Part shown: positions 25,096-39,829 of the stretch, in pieces
Numbering within the stretch: position 1 is the first letter of the stretch
Layout: each line of letters opens with the position of its first letter
DNA from: Octopus sinensis
Taxonomy: Eukaryota
Direction of reading: 5' to 3'
Assembly: GCF_006345805.1 (NCBI RefSeq)
Contig: NC_042998.1
Location: 117,676,001-117,740,000, forward strand
Length of the DNA stretch: 64,000 bases
The notes under the pieces: generated by a model
What the model saw: only the letters and a program-made list of their open reading frames with translations
Told to the model about the DNA's origin: nothing
Database searches by the model: none
Translations under genes and position numbers: made by a program

Positions 25096-28000
25096 AGTCA
25101 AAATATAAAACCAATATTTTCATAACAGTGGTACTTGAATTCCGATTATTTTTAAGCATTTTTTCAGTAGATTTATAGACGTTTTCCAAACAACGGGCTA
25201 AAATGTCAAAATTTAGGTACAGGTCTGTTATATGTATGTAGGATATACTGCTATAAATTGAAAACAGATTATCTATATGTGTCAGTATAAGATGTATAGT
25301 TTTGTCTGAACAAAGGTAAGATCAAAATACTGAGAATACGTGACTGCCACAGGCTCACCTTTTTACCGCTGAGTGAACTGGAACTGCATGAAATGAAGTA
25401 CATTTTTTCAGATCGCAATGCTCGCTGGACTAGGAATATAAAACCATGTAATATAGACTACACAACTTAATGCGAGCGCATGCGCATGCACACACATGCG
25501 CACACACATATATATGTTTTAAATATATATATATAAAGCATATACATATGTGAGAAATCACGCGCCTAGGTGGTGCTAAATTTCGAAACCGGTACCGAGC
25601 TGACAGCATTTACGTGTTCTGACCCATTTAAGGTGAGACATTATTAATGCTCACTGATATTTTTCCTATCTTGTCTGTAATAGATTTGTGACTATTCAGT
25701 GGTACAGAAGTATTTTTTAACTTCTATCATTAGCGATACAGGTACACATGCAGTACCCTTGTGTATATATGTACATATCTAATATTGTATGTATATATTT
25801 TATTAATTTGCCTGTACGGCTGACAATTCGCTTACCACTTGTGATGGTATTTTAATAATGCCATCCCTATATATATATATATATATATTTCGATCTACCA
25901 AATTGACCCACAGGTGATCGACTCGAATCTCGTGTAGAATTAGCTTACCCTAATTCGATATACCTTGTATAGAAATTTTTATTGCATACAATTCGGAATA
26001 CGTGAAGTAATCAGAAATTATTTTTTCCAATATATCTAAAGATCTTGGTTTGCTTAACTTTGCATTATATTTAGAACTGAATAATAGCAACGGAATGCAT
26101 TATCTAGAAGTGTTTTGACAATCAATGTATAAGTCAATTCAAATATTAACTTAAAAGAATACGACTTTAACAGAACACAATCCCTATACAGTAAAAGGAT
26201 GTGTATTGTTTTTTTTTTAAGGAATAAAATTAAATGCATTACAGTTTATCGGGTTTCGCGTATGTGTTGATGTAACAAGTTGACGAATACATTTTTTACT
26301 TCATATTTATATTGATAGTGTTTTGCTTGTCTTCCAGCTGTAAATGTAGCATATTAGTTCACAATACTAATGGGTTTTGCTATATATATATATATATGTA
26401 TATATATGTAAGTATGTATGTATGTATATGTGTGTGTGGGTGGGTCTGTCTGTGTGTCTGTATATATATTAGTGTAATGTGACTGTGTGTGTATGTATGT
26501 GTGTGTAGCAAAATTAAATATCAAAAACAAATTAAAGTTCCTATCTTGATCCATTTAAGAACTTCCGTTCTGTAACGTAAATATAATTATGATTTAAATT
26601 CGAATAGAAAACATTTTATGTATGAATTTGGTTTTAATACAATGTATGTATATTTGTGTGTGTATGTGCGTGTTTGTATGTGTACAATATACATGTATAT
26701 GTGTGTGTATGAATATATATACATGTGAGTATTTGTGTGTGCTTGTTCGTGTGTGTGTGCGTGTGTGCGTGTGTGTATGTGAGTGTGCGTGTGTGTGTGT
26801 AAATATAACATTTTTCCATTCAATATGTAATACAAGAAAATCATAAAGTTTCATTTTTTATTTCATTTGATGAACGATGCAATAAATCATATTGTTAACA
26901 CAACTACTATATGTAATGCATATATAATTTATAATGATAAATTATATATGTATAATTTATCTTACATGAAGCAAAGATAAATTATACATATATAGTCATA
27001 CAATTTAAACATATGTATATGTGTGTGTTTTGTCTGTTTATGCGTATGTATATTTATCTCTATATATATGTATGCATTCTGCAAGTGTGGCATAATATTT
27101 CAGAGGGGAAAAAATCATTATTTCTGCGATATACTTTTTCATACATCACACAATATTTTCACAGAAATGGATTTATATATAAAGAAAAGGTATTATTTAC
27201 ATTAAAACTTCTGAGTGTTATTTTGATATTAATGTCTTATAAACGATTTATACTTAATATGAATATCTCTCCCTTTTTAGTATAATATAGATGACTATAT
27301 GTATGTTTTAAATATACTATGCTAAACGTGTAAAGTGCTCTTTTTATATAACTCTCACTGCATACCTTTCAACTTAAACGTAAAGGATTGTCAAGTGGGG
27401 AGAGCGAAGTTCTTATCTCCTGCTGCATGTATTAGCGTCTTTTATTTAAGCATTGCATTCATCTCTTTTAAACAGCACTGATGAAAATATTCATCTAAGT
27501 TCATATATATACATTTATTATACACAAAGCCATGCCTTTTTAGAAATTTAAGATTATATTTAAAGATATCCCTACCTAAACATTTATTTTATCAATTGTT
27601 GGGTTGACAAGCACGGCGTCAAGGAGGCTTGCTTTCAAACCAAATGATCATGGGAAATAATGAAATACGAAAAGCGTTTCTGATGCTAAGCTGTTTTTCG
27701 TTCCTGTGTATCAAAACAAAATCACGGGCTACTATATCATATGTCATATATTCAAAGCATTCATATTTGCTTAACCAATCGAATTCAGTTGCTTTTAAAT
27801 TCTTTAATTAGTTTTGCTTTGATGAATGATAAATATTTAGCATAGGTCCTACAAATAATCATTACAAAAATAAACTGGAAATGATAGTTCAGCTGGAGGG
27901 AATTTGACAATTATAAAAGGACAGGACAAGTCAATTCAATAGATAGAAGCTACTTCATCAGCTCATATTCTTTCAAATGCATTATTGTAGTATAAGTCGT

Positions 28001-28494
28001 AAATCGAGCTTTGGCTTCTATTCTCTATTACCAATAATTCCCTTCACTAATTACGTCCTTTTGGAATAGGTATTATACAATTTATCAGTAATAAATCCAA
28101 CATATCTTACATCATGCCACTGACAATATTAGCTTCAATCGAATATTTGACATTTTATTATAGCTATGGTAATTATAATGATATATAATATTCTTATTAG
28201 TAACCGTAACGGAATTTAGAGTAAAGTTATATTATATAACAGCTCTAGGCAACTATATATTTTTCAAATATGTGAGCTACAAATTTCGAGAACAAATTAT
28301 GAAAAATATGGAATTAAATGTTGATGCAATATAGTGTCCTTATTCTGGAACATGTAAAGACATTTCAATACCAGAAACCAAGGATTGCTACAATTTTAAA
28401 GACTACAACTGAAGTAGGATTTATCTAAATATTTATGCAGATTATGATATTATATGTGTACTTATATATCCCGTGCACGTGGGAGATCCATATA

Positions 28495-29780
28495 TCAGGT
28501 CATCCCATAAGTTCTGTCCGAATTTTGAATAAAGGAAACAAGGGATCAAATTTTTATATTTAATTGAAATTTAATCATCAATGTACTTTCCCTGATTATC
28601 TATGACTTCCATCCATCTATTTGCAAGCTTTTTAATCCCATCAATGTAAATCTGTTTTGGTTTCAAAGCAAAGAACTCTGAAATGTCAGTTTTGACCTCC
28701 TCCTGGCTTGCAAAAATTATGTCTCCCAAATGATTCTGTAAACTATGAAACAAATGGTATTCTGAAGGTGCAAAGACGGAAGAATAAGGTGGATGAAGAA
28801 TTTTTTCCCAACCAAGCTCTTTGCTCTTCTGTGATGTGATCTTTGCAGTGTGGTGTCGCGCATTGTCCTGATGAAACATCACTCCTTTTCGATTCATTAA
28901 AGCGGTTGTTTTCCCTAAAAGTTTGGTTCAAACGCCCTAATTGCTCACATTAGACTTGAATATTGATTGTTGCATTAGGTAGAAACAATTCAAAGTGAAT
29001 TACGTTTTGCAATCTCAACAGGTAAAGAGAAGAAACTGTTTTTCTATGAAGTCCCGTACTCGGTTGTGGTTGAGCTTTTTCCCTTTTACCAAGCCACTGT
29101 TTGCAACGTTTAACATTTCGATAGAACATTCATTTTTCGTCACCAGTCACAAGTCTATTCAAAAAGGGTGAAATGAGTTAGCGAGAATGGAGAGAAGAGC
29201 AGATATCAACTCAGGATTTGTGGTTGCTTTCGGACAATTCATGACGCACCCATTTTACAAATTTATGGAAATTTCCAAGTTATTGAAGATGGCGATGAAC
29301 AGTTAATGATTTGAACTAAGCTTTATTGTCAATTTTGCAACTGATAATGCAGGATTGTTTTCAAGTAATGCCTCGCGGAGCTTATCATCAAACTCAACTT
29401 GATGTCCTGTTCAATCTTCATCTTCAAGGCTGAAATCTCCATTTCTGAATTTTGCAAAGCATCTTCTGCAAGTTCTTGCATTCAAGTATTCTTTCCCCAA
29501 AACTGAGTATATGTTTCAAGTCGCTTCGGTTGCAGAGTTTCCGTTTTTGCACTAATAAAGCAGTATGTGCCTTAGATGCTCTTAAGATACTTCCAAGTTA
29601 GAAAGGATGTAAATCAAAGAAAATTTAATTATATTCTGTAAAATAGTTTTTTTAATTAGTTTAAATGTACACAAATCCATAAAAATAATTCTAAGTTTTA
29701 TTAGACATTCTAAAATACTATTAAAGTTCTTTCAATTTTAAAAAAAGGTAAAATCGGACAGAACTTATGGGAAGACCTGA
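28495..29780 (-). mobile_element. Full-length mariner transposon, 1286 bp, with TIRs and TA target duplication
   Basis: TA-TCAGGTCATCCCATAAGTTCTGTCCGA at left; TCGGACAGAACTTATGGGAAGACCTGA-TA at right (27-bp TIR, 1 mismatch). Confidence 0.95.
28571..29597 (-). pseudogene. Mariner transposase pseudogene
   Basis: EHLRHILLY, FRNGDFSLED, KWVRHEL (WVPHEL), RLVTGDEK, FHQDNARHH, HPPYSSVFAPSEYHLF (YSPDLAPSD). Multiple stops and frameshifts. Confidence 0.95.
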
Positions 29781-29809
29781 TACATGCCCGTATTAATGTA
29801 TGCATGCAT

Positions 29810-29832
29810 ATATACATACATACATACATACA

Positions 29833-29865
<33 letters not shown>

Positions 29866-29873
29866 TAATACAT

Positions 29874-29948
<75 letters not shown>
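29810..29948. repeat. (TACA)n + (CA)n + (TA)n microsatellite
   Basis: Direct reading, just right of the mariner. Confidence 0.95.
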
Positions 29949-29953
<5 letters not shown>

Positions 29954-30979
29954 TATGAGAAAGAGGGGAATGTAGTTCCAGTTACATACTCGTTACAACT
30001 GAGATGAGGGTGAGTAAATTAAGAAGCCGTTAACATACACGCCGGCTCTATTGATGTCCGCTTCTAATTAGTCGGCCGGTAAATGGTTATTTGGGATGTA
30101 TATATACATTGATATAGCTGGGATATGAAGGTCTTAACGTGTTTTCTGCCTAATAGATGCTGCACCCCTATTGAAAGGCATCCATTTGGAGTGACAAACC
30201 TGAATCGGAGTACGGAGTATTAGCTTGCACTAATAACCTCCTACAAATGTGAATGTTCAATAATGGAACGGGAATTTACAAGATAACGCGTACATACGTA
30301 GCGCCTAACAAATGTCATTCTTGTAAAAGTAATAGTGATCGACAATTGTGTATAAATATTTCACTCTGCAATGACGCAAAACATGAACAAACACAAGTGG
30401 CAATACAGACAACTTGTAAGCATGCTCGCTCTAAATAATGGATAATTATTGATTTTGTCAATATTCTTGTTCGGACTGCATTGAATTACACTCTCGTATA
30501 CGTATTGGGGGGGGTCGAAGGAGCAATAATTCGTTATAATCTATTAGATTATAGAAGTGCTAATTAGCAAATGTCAGAAGTCCAATGTACTGGGAATTAT
30601 TAAACTGACCAATAAAGACACCGCTGCCATTCTAGTAGACAAAAGAGGGAACTTGAAGTTTAAGGAGATAAAGTTGGTTGTTGACCAAATCTATTGCACC
30701 TACAGCGAAATATTTGTAAAACGTCAAATAGTAAGCACGATACTAGTAACAATGCTTAATGTGAATCTAAAGGAGATGAAATGAAACGCATTTTACTGAA
30801 CAATAATAATAATCAATAATAATAAAAAAAACAATAATAATAATAATCAAACCGAGCAAAGAGTGATAGCGACAAGAAGTACGAGATAGCATCTGGGATA
30901 CCAGAATAAGAATATAATCACCCAAAAATCAGCTGACGAAAAGGAAGTTGTTTGAGACTATTGAAGAGATCAATTGATA

Positions 30980-31260
30980 ATTTTTAGCAACTTCCAAGTG
31001 AGCGTAATAACAAACATTGCTGTATCAAACAAAATTTGGTTCAGAATTTATAGTGTCAGTCTATTCGCGAACGAATGTCAGAGTTCCAGACAATACAAGA
31101 AAAATTATGAAATCTTAAAACATCTACAGATTAATCACTATATTATCCTTTTGGAACTCGATATCTCCAGAATGGAAATATGGCAGCATTCTTACGATTT
31201 ACAAGAAAGCGTATCGAACACATTAATGAAAACTACAGCATGTTATATACTGTTTGTATA
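30980..31260 (+). mobile_element. Weak LINE reverse transcriptase remnant
   Basis: CCAGAATGGAAATATGGCAGCATTCTTACGATTTACAAGAAAG = PEWKYGSILTIYKK, resembling the P.EWK...I..IYKK motif upstream of LINE RT domain 1. Confidence 0.4.
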
Positions 31261-32346
31261 CTAGCAAGTGCTGGAAAATAATACTCCGGACTTCTGCATG
31301 TGTCATTGTAAGATGAAATACACATTGTAATATTTAACGTAAAATTCTAAAGGAAAAATCGTGCGAAAGTTTCAGTACATATCAGACAAAAACTTGTATT
31401 CGTCAATCCAAACACTGATAGTGTAATTTTCTTAATCTTCAGTAAATGTTTCACCAAGTGTTAAGGTTTGCTGTGCCAACGGAACACAGAAATATTGAGG
31501 CTTCCAAATATTAGGATCTTTCAACTATATTTTATTTTTACCTAATGTCTATTGTTGAAATCTTTTGAACGACATCCATTAAAATTAAGTCCACAGCCTC
31601 CTTTCAAAGTCCTGACAGGATTGTACAAAATTATTAAATTCCATATTTCAATGATCCTAAAGGTATAATTGTTAATTAAGTACGCTTTTGTTTTCTAAAT
31701 TCACATACTTTCTACCATACAGGCGTAATGTTTATGAACTTTATCTGGCTTTCCTTGAAATGTGTTGAACTCTTCACGAGAGATAAACAAAAAAGCTTCA
31801 GCAAAATTGATTGAATTAGCATGATATTTAATATTTAATTAATGTTAACCAACATGTTTTAATGTGTTGAGACATGAAATGAGTAGCAGTTTCGCGGATG
31901 AAACTCGCATCAATTCAAGAAGAATAAAAAATATAGCCATTTTCTGCAATCTAAATGTTGAAATATCTAGCATAATGCCGATTTCACTCCTAATATAAAA
32001 GGAAGAGTTATCAACCATGCCAATAAAGAATAACGTTTTTTTTTCACGATAAGGATTTTTTGAAAATATAAATACAGGTCATAAACAACATTAAGATGGT
32101 AACTACCTCCCATGAAATAATTAATGGCAGTACCAAAATTAACTACTTCAAATATATTGATTTCGAATGGCATAAGTAGATTGCACCGAGCCCAATGCAT
32201 GGTCAATTGCTATTTATTCAATAGGCACCAGAATTTGAATTCAAAACGGAAGGATTCGCGGAAAGTTGTTGAGCATTTTTAGCAGGCGTGATAATTATTC
32301 TATCAGCTCGCTACCGTACATACTACAAAATATTATAACGATTTAT

Positions 32347-32731
32347 GGAAGCACTCCGTCGGTTACGACGACGAGGGTTCCGGTTGATCCGAATCAACGG
32401 AACAGCCTGCTCGTGAAATTAACGTGTAAGTGGCCGAGCACTCCACAGACACGCGTACCCTTAACGTAGTTCTCGGGGATATTCAGCGTGACACGGAGAG
32501 TGACAAGGCCGGCCCTTTGAAATACAGGTACAACAGAAACAGGAAGTAAGAGTCAGAGAAAGTTGTGGTGAAAGAGTACAGCAGGGATCACCACCATCCC
32601 CTGCCGGAGCCTCGTGGAGATTTAGGTGTTTTCGCTCAATAAACACTCACAACGCCCGGTCTGGGAATCGAAACCGCAATCCTATGACCGCGAGCCCGCT
32701 GTCCTAACCACTGGGCCATTGCGCCTCCACC
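32347..32731 (-). mobile_element. Full-length tRNA-derived SINE (family B) with target site duplication
   Basis: Pol III A box TGGCCCAGTGG (32708-32718) and B box GGTTTCGATTCC (32664-32675). TSD ATTATAACGATTTAT (32332-32346) / ATTATAACGATTAAT (32732-32746). Confidence 0.9.
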
Positions 32732-35083
32732 ATTATAACGATTAATCTCATGGCAAACCTACTTAACACGCTACTTCCTGTTTTTATTCACTTTGCCACT
32801 AAAACATTTACTAAGGTAGTATGGTAGCAATGCCGTTGATATTAGGAAACTTTTACATTCTTAGGTATTTTTCTGCCAACATTCGATATAAATCAGATCC
32901 TAAGTCTTACTTCTATATCATTATGGAATCCTTAGGCAGCACAAGAATATATTACATGCTTATATTCGAAACACATACCACTGACATAGGCCAATAACGA
33001 GCTGATCGTTTAATTATATAGACAAAAGTATTTATAACCACAAACGCTTGCTACATATTGCCAAGAAAATACTCCGTATCATGACTTGTCCTTCACATTT
33101 AATTATTAAATATTATAGGGAAAAGCAATTATTCTACAGGTGAAATAAACTTTTTAACCTCAGTCACCTTGCAAAAAAATAAATCAACTACAAATACTTA
33201 AAACTGGACTTCATTTTTATGGCCACCATGAAATATTTAATCACTAGCAATGCAAATAAAATTGCTGAGATTAACTGTACATGCAAAAATATATGAATAA
33301 CTCTTTGACTTGTAAAGATTTGAATCTGATTGATGTGGAGAACACATTCAGTTAAACCAATATAAATAATGAGCATAAACATTATACGTATATGTTGATG
33401 CTAACTTCAATATCAAAATATTTCAAACATATATTTACCACGGGTACATAAAAACAGATCTGGCGAAATATTGTTTTTTTGTTTGGACAGAGAGTAAACT
33501 CAGTACTGTATTTATCATGAGAGGGCAAAATCTTTATCTGCGTAATTTATATAGTAATACCGAAAATACGATCTTAGAGGGACTTGAAAGACAAAAATGA
33601 TTATAGCAATAGAATAAATTTACTAAATGCGCATGAGAAACCCAATGCATACGAACCTCTTTAAATCTGTTGACTAATTAAGTGTCAGCTCAAAAATGTT
33701 CAATAAATATTTGTCTAAGCGTTGGAAAGAAACGTTCAAAAAGGATACAACTCGGAAAGATACGACACGAGCGGGGAAATATGGAACTATTTATCATGAT
33801 TACAAACGGATACACATAATTCTGTCTGTCGTAAAAGTTTCAGTTCACATCAAATTTCATTTCAACATTCTTATATAACCGATGTAAGGTGTTCATTAAA
33901 CCAGTAGTGGAAGTTCTCTGCCATCCTGTCTTAAAGACTGCGCAATTTTATGCATATACATTCACGTATGTTTCTAGAATTCAAATCACTCCCTCATCTG
34001 AAAGATTATTGAAAACGTGCATAAACACACATTCTTGTGTATCAAATATTGATACATAAATTTTTAACTGTGTAACACATCGCTGTATAATTACACTTTT
34101 TCAAGCACATATTCCCTCTTACTTTGCTAAACATTATCAGCTAAATTTAATTTCTAACACTCCAAATGTATTGGAAAGGACTCTTCGAAAATACTTTTCA
34201 TAGACACCCTTCACACAAGAAGCAATATTGCATGTTCACTGATGGAATACCTTTTATAAGTGTCAGCCAGAAAAACGCTGACCTTGTCTCAAACAATAAA
34301 TTCCTTCTACTCCATTCTATCATTATGACTCTTATCATAATGAAATTTACTTCAAACGTACTCTTTATTACTAATGCGAAGAATTTAATAACTTGAGAAT
34401 TGATCATATCTCCACCACAGTCATTAGTCACTATCCCTACATCCTCTTCTTCATTATCTCAATCTGCCACATACTATCTCTCTTCTTTACATCTGTATAT
34501 GCGTTTAGATGTGCGTGCGCATGTGTGTGCGTATCTGTGTGCATGTGTATATGTATGGTTAGAGCAGACAAACGAGAGAAAAAGGCTCTCAACACAATTA
34601 GTAGGAGTTATATCTATTATTATATAAAACAGTTTGATTTAGCCTCATTGGTGTTAAACTTCAGTATTGCTTATTAGAGAAACCTGGTAGGTCGGATTCA
34701 GTCATGGAAAGATTGCAAGAAGACCGATATGGCTATTGGAATCTGAGTGCTATTCGTCTAGACGGGTATCATGGTGCTTTTTGAAGTGACATCGATATTC
34801 CAGTGATACCAATTGCATTAAAAAGAATTTATTGGACCGAGGGACAGGACAGGAAGTGTTTTGCTTTTTGACTGTCTTTGAAGGAACTTACAGTCTATTA
34901 GCTACATAGTCGGTAAGGGACCATATGTGTATGTATACAAACTGTAAGTATGTTTTTATTTGGTGTATACATATGCGTGTATGTATGTATACATGCGTGT
35001 ATACATATGCGTGTATACATATGTATGTATGTATCTATCTATCTGTCTATCTACCTATTGATCTCTCTCTCTCTCTCTCTTTC

Positions 35084-35157
<74 letters not shown>

Positions 35158-35189
35158 CATATATACATATATATAAATATATACAATCC

Positions 35190-36529
35190 GAACAGAGACA
35201 GGTTCTGTAGTGAATGACCAGTAAAGCGGAAATGGTGCGTGACGGGAATGTCATTACTGAGTCTAAAGCCTTGGAGGTGCTCCGGGAATCGGTTAGCTAC
35301 GCGGCGTCTCATTTGAACCGATGTACAAACAAGGGTAGATAGAGCGGGGGATGCAGTGAATGACGTTGCTAGAAGTGCAGGTAAAGATGTCGATGATATG
35401 AAAGAGACGATGATGGGTGTCTATAAGAATCATCTTGGAGTGGTAGGGGCAAGTGCGTAAGCGTGAGCGTGATCAGCGTAACGAGCCAGACTGTGAGGTG
35501 GGCTTAGGGAAGAAACTGTGGGCCTGCAGGTCACGCAGGTTATGGGCTCACTTGAAGGAATGAAGGGGTAGGTTGCGAAATAAGTACGAGGTAGAGGGGT
35601 CGGACTGGAGTCGCCGGAAGGTTCGGAGAATGGTGCATTGGAGGGGTGGGGAGGAAGGTTGGTAGGTGACGTGAAACGGGAAAGGGACAACGGCCGGTAC
35701 GGCGAGAGAAAGCAGAGCACGCTCCACGGATCGTGCTCTGGCAAGGGCTGTGTGGTTAGTGGTAAGGGGATATTCACGAAGGTTGAAGTGGCGAGCAATG
35801 AGATGAGACCAAATCACAAAGTTATGGTTGTCGCTGCAGAGCCTGCGCAGACTGAGGAATTGGGAGTAGGGTTTGGAGAGCCTGGTGTTGGTAAGGTTGG
35901 AGAAGAAGTTAAGGTAAGGGTGTGTGTCGGTGTGTTTGTAGTGAATGGAGGTAGTGAGAGCGGAGTGGTGTATTATGGCAGAAATGTCGAGAAATGCGAC
36001 GGAAGTGTAGGATAGAGTGCAAGAGAATTCAAGGGCAGTGTGAAAGGAGTAGACAAAAGAGAGGAGGGAGTCTTGTTGTTCGCGGGAGTGTGAGGGTGCA
36101 CCGATAGAGTCGTCAGTATAACTACCGTATAGTTCGGGAGTGGGGCCAGTCGTTCGCATATTTAGGCCTCAACATAGCTAAAGTAGAGTTTCGCATAGTT
36201 GGGAGCCATTCTCGGGCCCATGGCCACTCCCGAGACTTGTTGGTAAAAATTCCCGGTTAACTTGAAGCAATAGTGGGGTAGAACAAATTCGGCCTGACGA
36301 AGAGGTGTGGAGGTGTCAGGTCAGGAGTTGGGTCGAAGCTCTAGGAAGTGTTTGAGTGCAAGGAGTCCTTCGTTGTGGGGGATCACGAAACATAGACTCT
36401 TGATACCAAGAGTGAAGAGTAGTTTAGAGGGGCCAGGAGAAAAAGAGAAAGAATTAAAGAGACAGAGAGCAGGGTTAGTGTCGTGGATTTAGGAGGGGAA
36501 GGAAGCCAATAGGAGCAAGGAGACAGTCG

Positions 36530-36530
<1 letters not shown>
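35190..36530 (-). mobile_element. Penelope-like element (RT + GIY-YIG), decayed, with a C-rich coding strand
   Basis: IPHNEGLLALKHFL, QVSGVAMGPRMAPNYA, GSYTDDSIG (YxDD), AFLDI, PYSQFLSLRRLCSD, FTCTSSNVIHCI, RRRVANRFPEHL. Flanked by (TA)n on both sides. Confidence 0.9.
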
Positions 36531-36562
<32 letters not shown>

Positions 36563-36563
<1 letters not shown>

Positions 36564-36782
36564 GCATTTAAGTATATATAATTATGAATATATAATCACA
36601 ATTAAGGCCACTGGAAGTTCAACGCCAATATGGTAGGAGCAGATGTCGAGTGTCCCTGCAGCGCCCTTAATTATTATTATATATTTATAAGATATACTTA
36701 TATATTAATTTTACTGATATGGTGTTTTTTATACGTTGGCCACTGATATAATCATTTTAATGATTATATCGTCAATTTATGC
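36563..36782. mobile_element. Internally deleted copy of the foldback/MITE family at 61062-61510
   Basis: ATTAAGGCCACTGGAAG..GCAGATGTCGAG matches 61199-61250. TATACGTTGGCCACTGATATAATCATTTTAATGATTATATC matches 61454-61495. Confidence 0.6.
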
Positions 36783-36805
36783 ACACACACACACACGCAT
36801 TTATG

Positions 36806-36868
<63 letters not shown>

Positions 36869-36960
36869 ATATATATACACACATATATATATATATGTAT
36901 ATATTTACACACACACATATATATATATATGCGTGTATGTATATGTATATATATATTTGT
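36783..36960. repeat. Compound (CA)n/(TA)n microsatellite
   Basis: Direct reading. Confidence 0.9.
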
Positions 36961-39829
36961 AGATCTGTGAATGTGTGTATTTATATATTATCTAAACGAT
37001 ATCATTATGTATCTCTATTTATAAAGTCATTCTATATTTTGAAATTATGACATTACTTGCACATAGCATTCAGCTTTTAATAACTGCATAAATGCTATAA
37101 CTTTCAAAGTTAGATTTAAGTCTTGATACTCATCTACTTGAGACTAAAATTATTTAGGTTATTAATATTTTATCTATTCCATCTGAATGATATTAATATA
37201 AATAAATGATGCTCTTTTCCATTAAAATTCAGTAATCAATTTACTTCCTTATTGATTCACTATTGTAGAAAATACAGCAAAATTCTTTATTTGGTTGTAT
37301 ACTCATTTATATAATTCACCGTTTTCCATATGAACTTCACTGATATTACCAATGTCAGTTTGGTTGAATGCACATGGGTGCGGCCACAATACTCTTAGAA
37401 AGAATACTCGAACAAAATGTTTGGGCATTTCGGCTCTCAGGTTATTATTCTTTTCATTTCGACGAATGAAAACATGTCACTCGGTATACAAGAATAAGAC
37501 TAAGCTTGATGTCACTTGATGTACCATGCACACGAGAAGAATACATGATCCATATTTTTTTTAAATGATGTTTGAGTTACATTTCGTTAGTTGTTTCCTA
37601 TTTACTTTTCGTTTAACGATTGTAAGAATGTATAATGTTGCACTAATTCGTTAAACTCAGATGCTTAAAAACTTTCGATTCACTTTATTATGTATGTGGA
37701 GACCTATTGATTTTGGATTTATTATGGAGAAATCCTCTCTGCTTTTAACGCAACCATATTGTTAAATACAACAACTCAACACGCTAAAAGTAGAAATGTG
37801 GAGCACGTATACAGTACAAATCATTTACAATTCAAAATGTCCTCTGCTATGAGAATTCTATGATGAATTATACTCTCAACACATATATAATTAATCACAT
37901 GTTGTTTTAATTAGTGATTTACATTTAATTGTGAAGTGGACAAATCAATGTGTATTTGATTAGTATTGTATTGCCGGCACTGAAATAATGGGAGTATTTC
38001 CAACTATCAACTATCTTAAGAACAATTGTACAGTTTTGCTAGCTTGCTGTTTTGAATTTAATTTCATGAATGTACAAAACTTTTTAGACTCAGACGGGCT
38101 TCCAGTCATTACATCGGATGTTTTGCACTCTCCAAAGGAAGAAAGATTCATTTCTAACCACACAATTACTCAAATCTCCTGCCTATTCTGAGAAAAAGGA
38201 TTCCAATTCATTAAATAGTCAACTATACCCATAAATTGTATTAGGCAAGAGAGTCATGTTTAGAATATAGATAATAATTCTTTTATTTGCTTTTACTGAA
38301 ATCACTAATTATGGAAACGGTGTGCGAAGACAAAATTGAGCTGAGTGACTATCGATCTGTCTCTTTCACTTTACGTCTCTTTCTCTCTGTCGCTATCTCT
38401 TTCTATCTCTATTTTTCTCTATAATATACCTTTCCCTCTCTCTCTCTCTCTATTTGTCGCTTTTTCTATCTTTCTTTCATTCTCTCCCTCACTCTCCATC
38501 TGTCTATTCTCTCTCGCGGGCGCTTAAGCATATCTGCATTCCTATACGGCATTTTTTATACACATGTAGAGATGCTTGAAGGCATACATATACGCATGCT
38601 TGTGTGTAAATGAATCTTGGTGAAATTCTGAGCTGGCTTGTTTTTTTTAATATTATTAAACATAAATAAGCTTCCATAGCAATATATTTTCATTCATCAT
38701 TCCATTTTCCATATGCTTTTCATTTTTCATCTATTTCATTGTTTCCCTTCATCCATAATCTTCAATTTCCGTTTTCTTTCTCCTATATATCAATCATATT
38801 CCAACATTTACCATATAAATGTTATGAAATGAGGAAAAAATTTTAAAACATACATTCATAGCCATAGCATACCCACGAAGCAGATACCTATCGCTCGATA
38901 TTACTGCCTCATCATTTCAACGCTGACAACTAAGTCTCTAAATGTTCGCATTAATATTGTTTCTATTTTCTTCTCCCATACTCCATTAATCATTACCATA
39001 ATGCCCACTCACAACGCCTACGATAATTCTTAACCTCTTCCATTCTTGTTCACTTTTTCTCTTCTTTCAACCGATTCTTATTACCAACTCTCTTGATACT
39101 TCTGTCTCCTACGTGATTCAATCGTATTTTTCTGTTGACGTATTATGAAATTTTAATTTTCCCAGAGTAATATTATTGTTATATAAATAATTTTGTTGCT
39201 TGTGTACAGGCACTTTGAAGAGATATGGACACGTTTAATTCTCTTTATAGTTATGTAATGGTTATTATGTGAGTGTATGCACTTCAGTATATTGTTATAT
39301 CCTTATGGACAAACGAATACACTGTTAACAGTATAATAACAATATAATTGAAACAAACGGCAGTAACCATATGTAACGTAACTGCAATCTTTTCAGAACC
39401 AACAATCTAACAAGTTAACTCGAACTGTAAATGTTGTACTCTAACTTTGAACTATCAACACATGAGCTGTGGAACTGGCACGATGATTTTATTCAAACCA
39501 AAAGGGTTAAACAAAGAGGGACAATATACGGGACGAAGATGGGTCGGGGACATATATCAATAAATACAATATAATTTCCGATGAAGATGAAAGAATGAAT
39601 GGACGCGGAACGGCCTTGAACCCACCAACCACATTCCTGCATTCAACCATTTACTTCGTCCTTTTATTTTTTTACTCCGCTTAATTAGGCACTTATATAC
39701 CCAACATCCGGCTTACTTTCCTCCATCCTTTTTTGTCGTCAGGAATTTCTTCTGCAGACGTGCTTTCCCTCCTAGGTGAAATTAAAACAGGTTAAAAAAT
39801 GTATGCCCGGAGACGAAGGTGTCTGATGC

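Noticed and set aside
32660-32731. tRNA-like sequence with A and B boxes
   Set aside because: It is the head of a SINE with body and TSD, not a tRNA gene.
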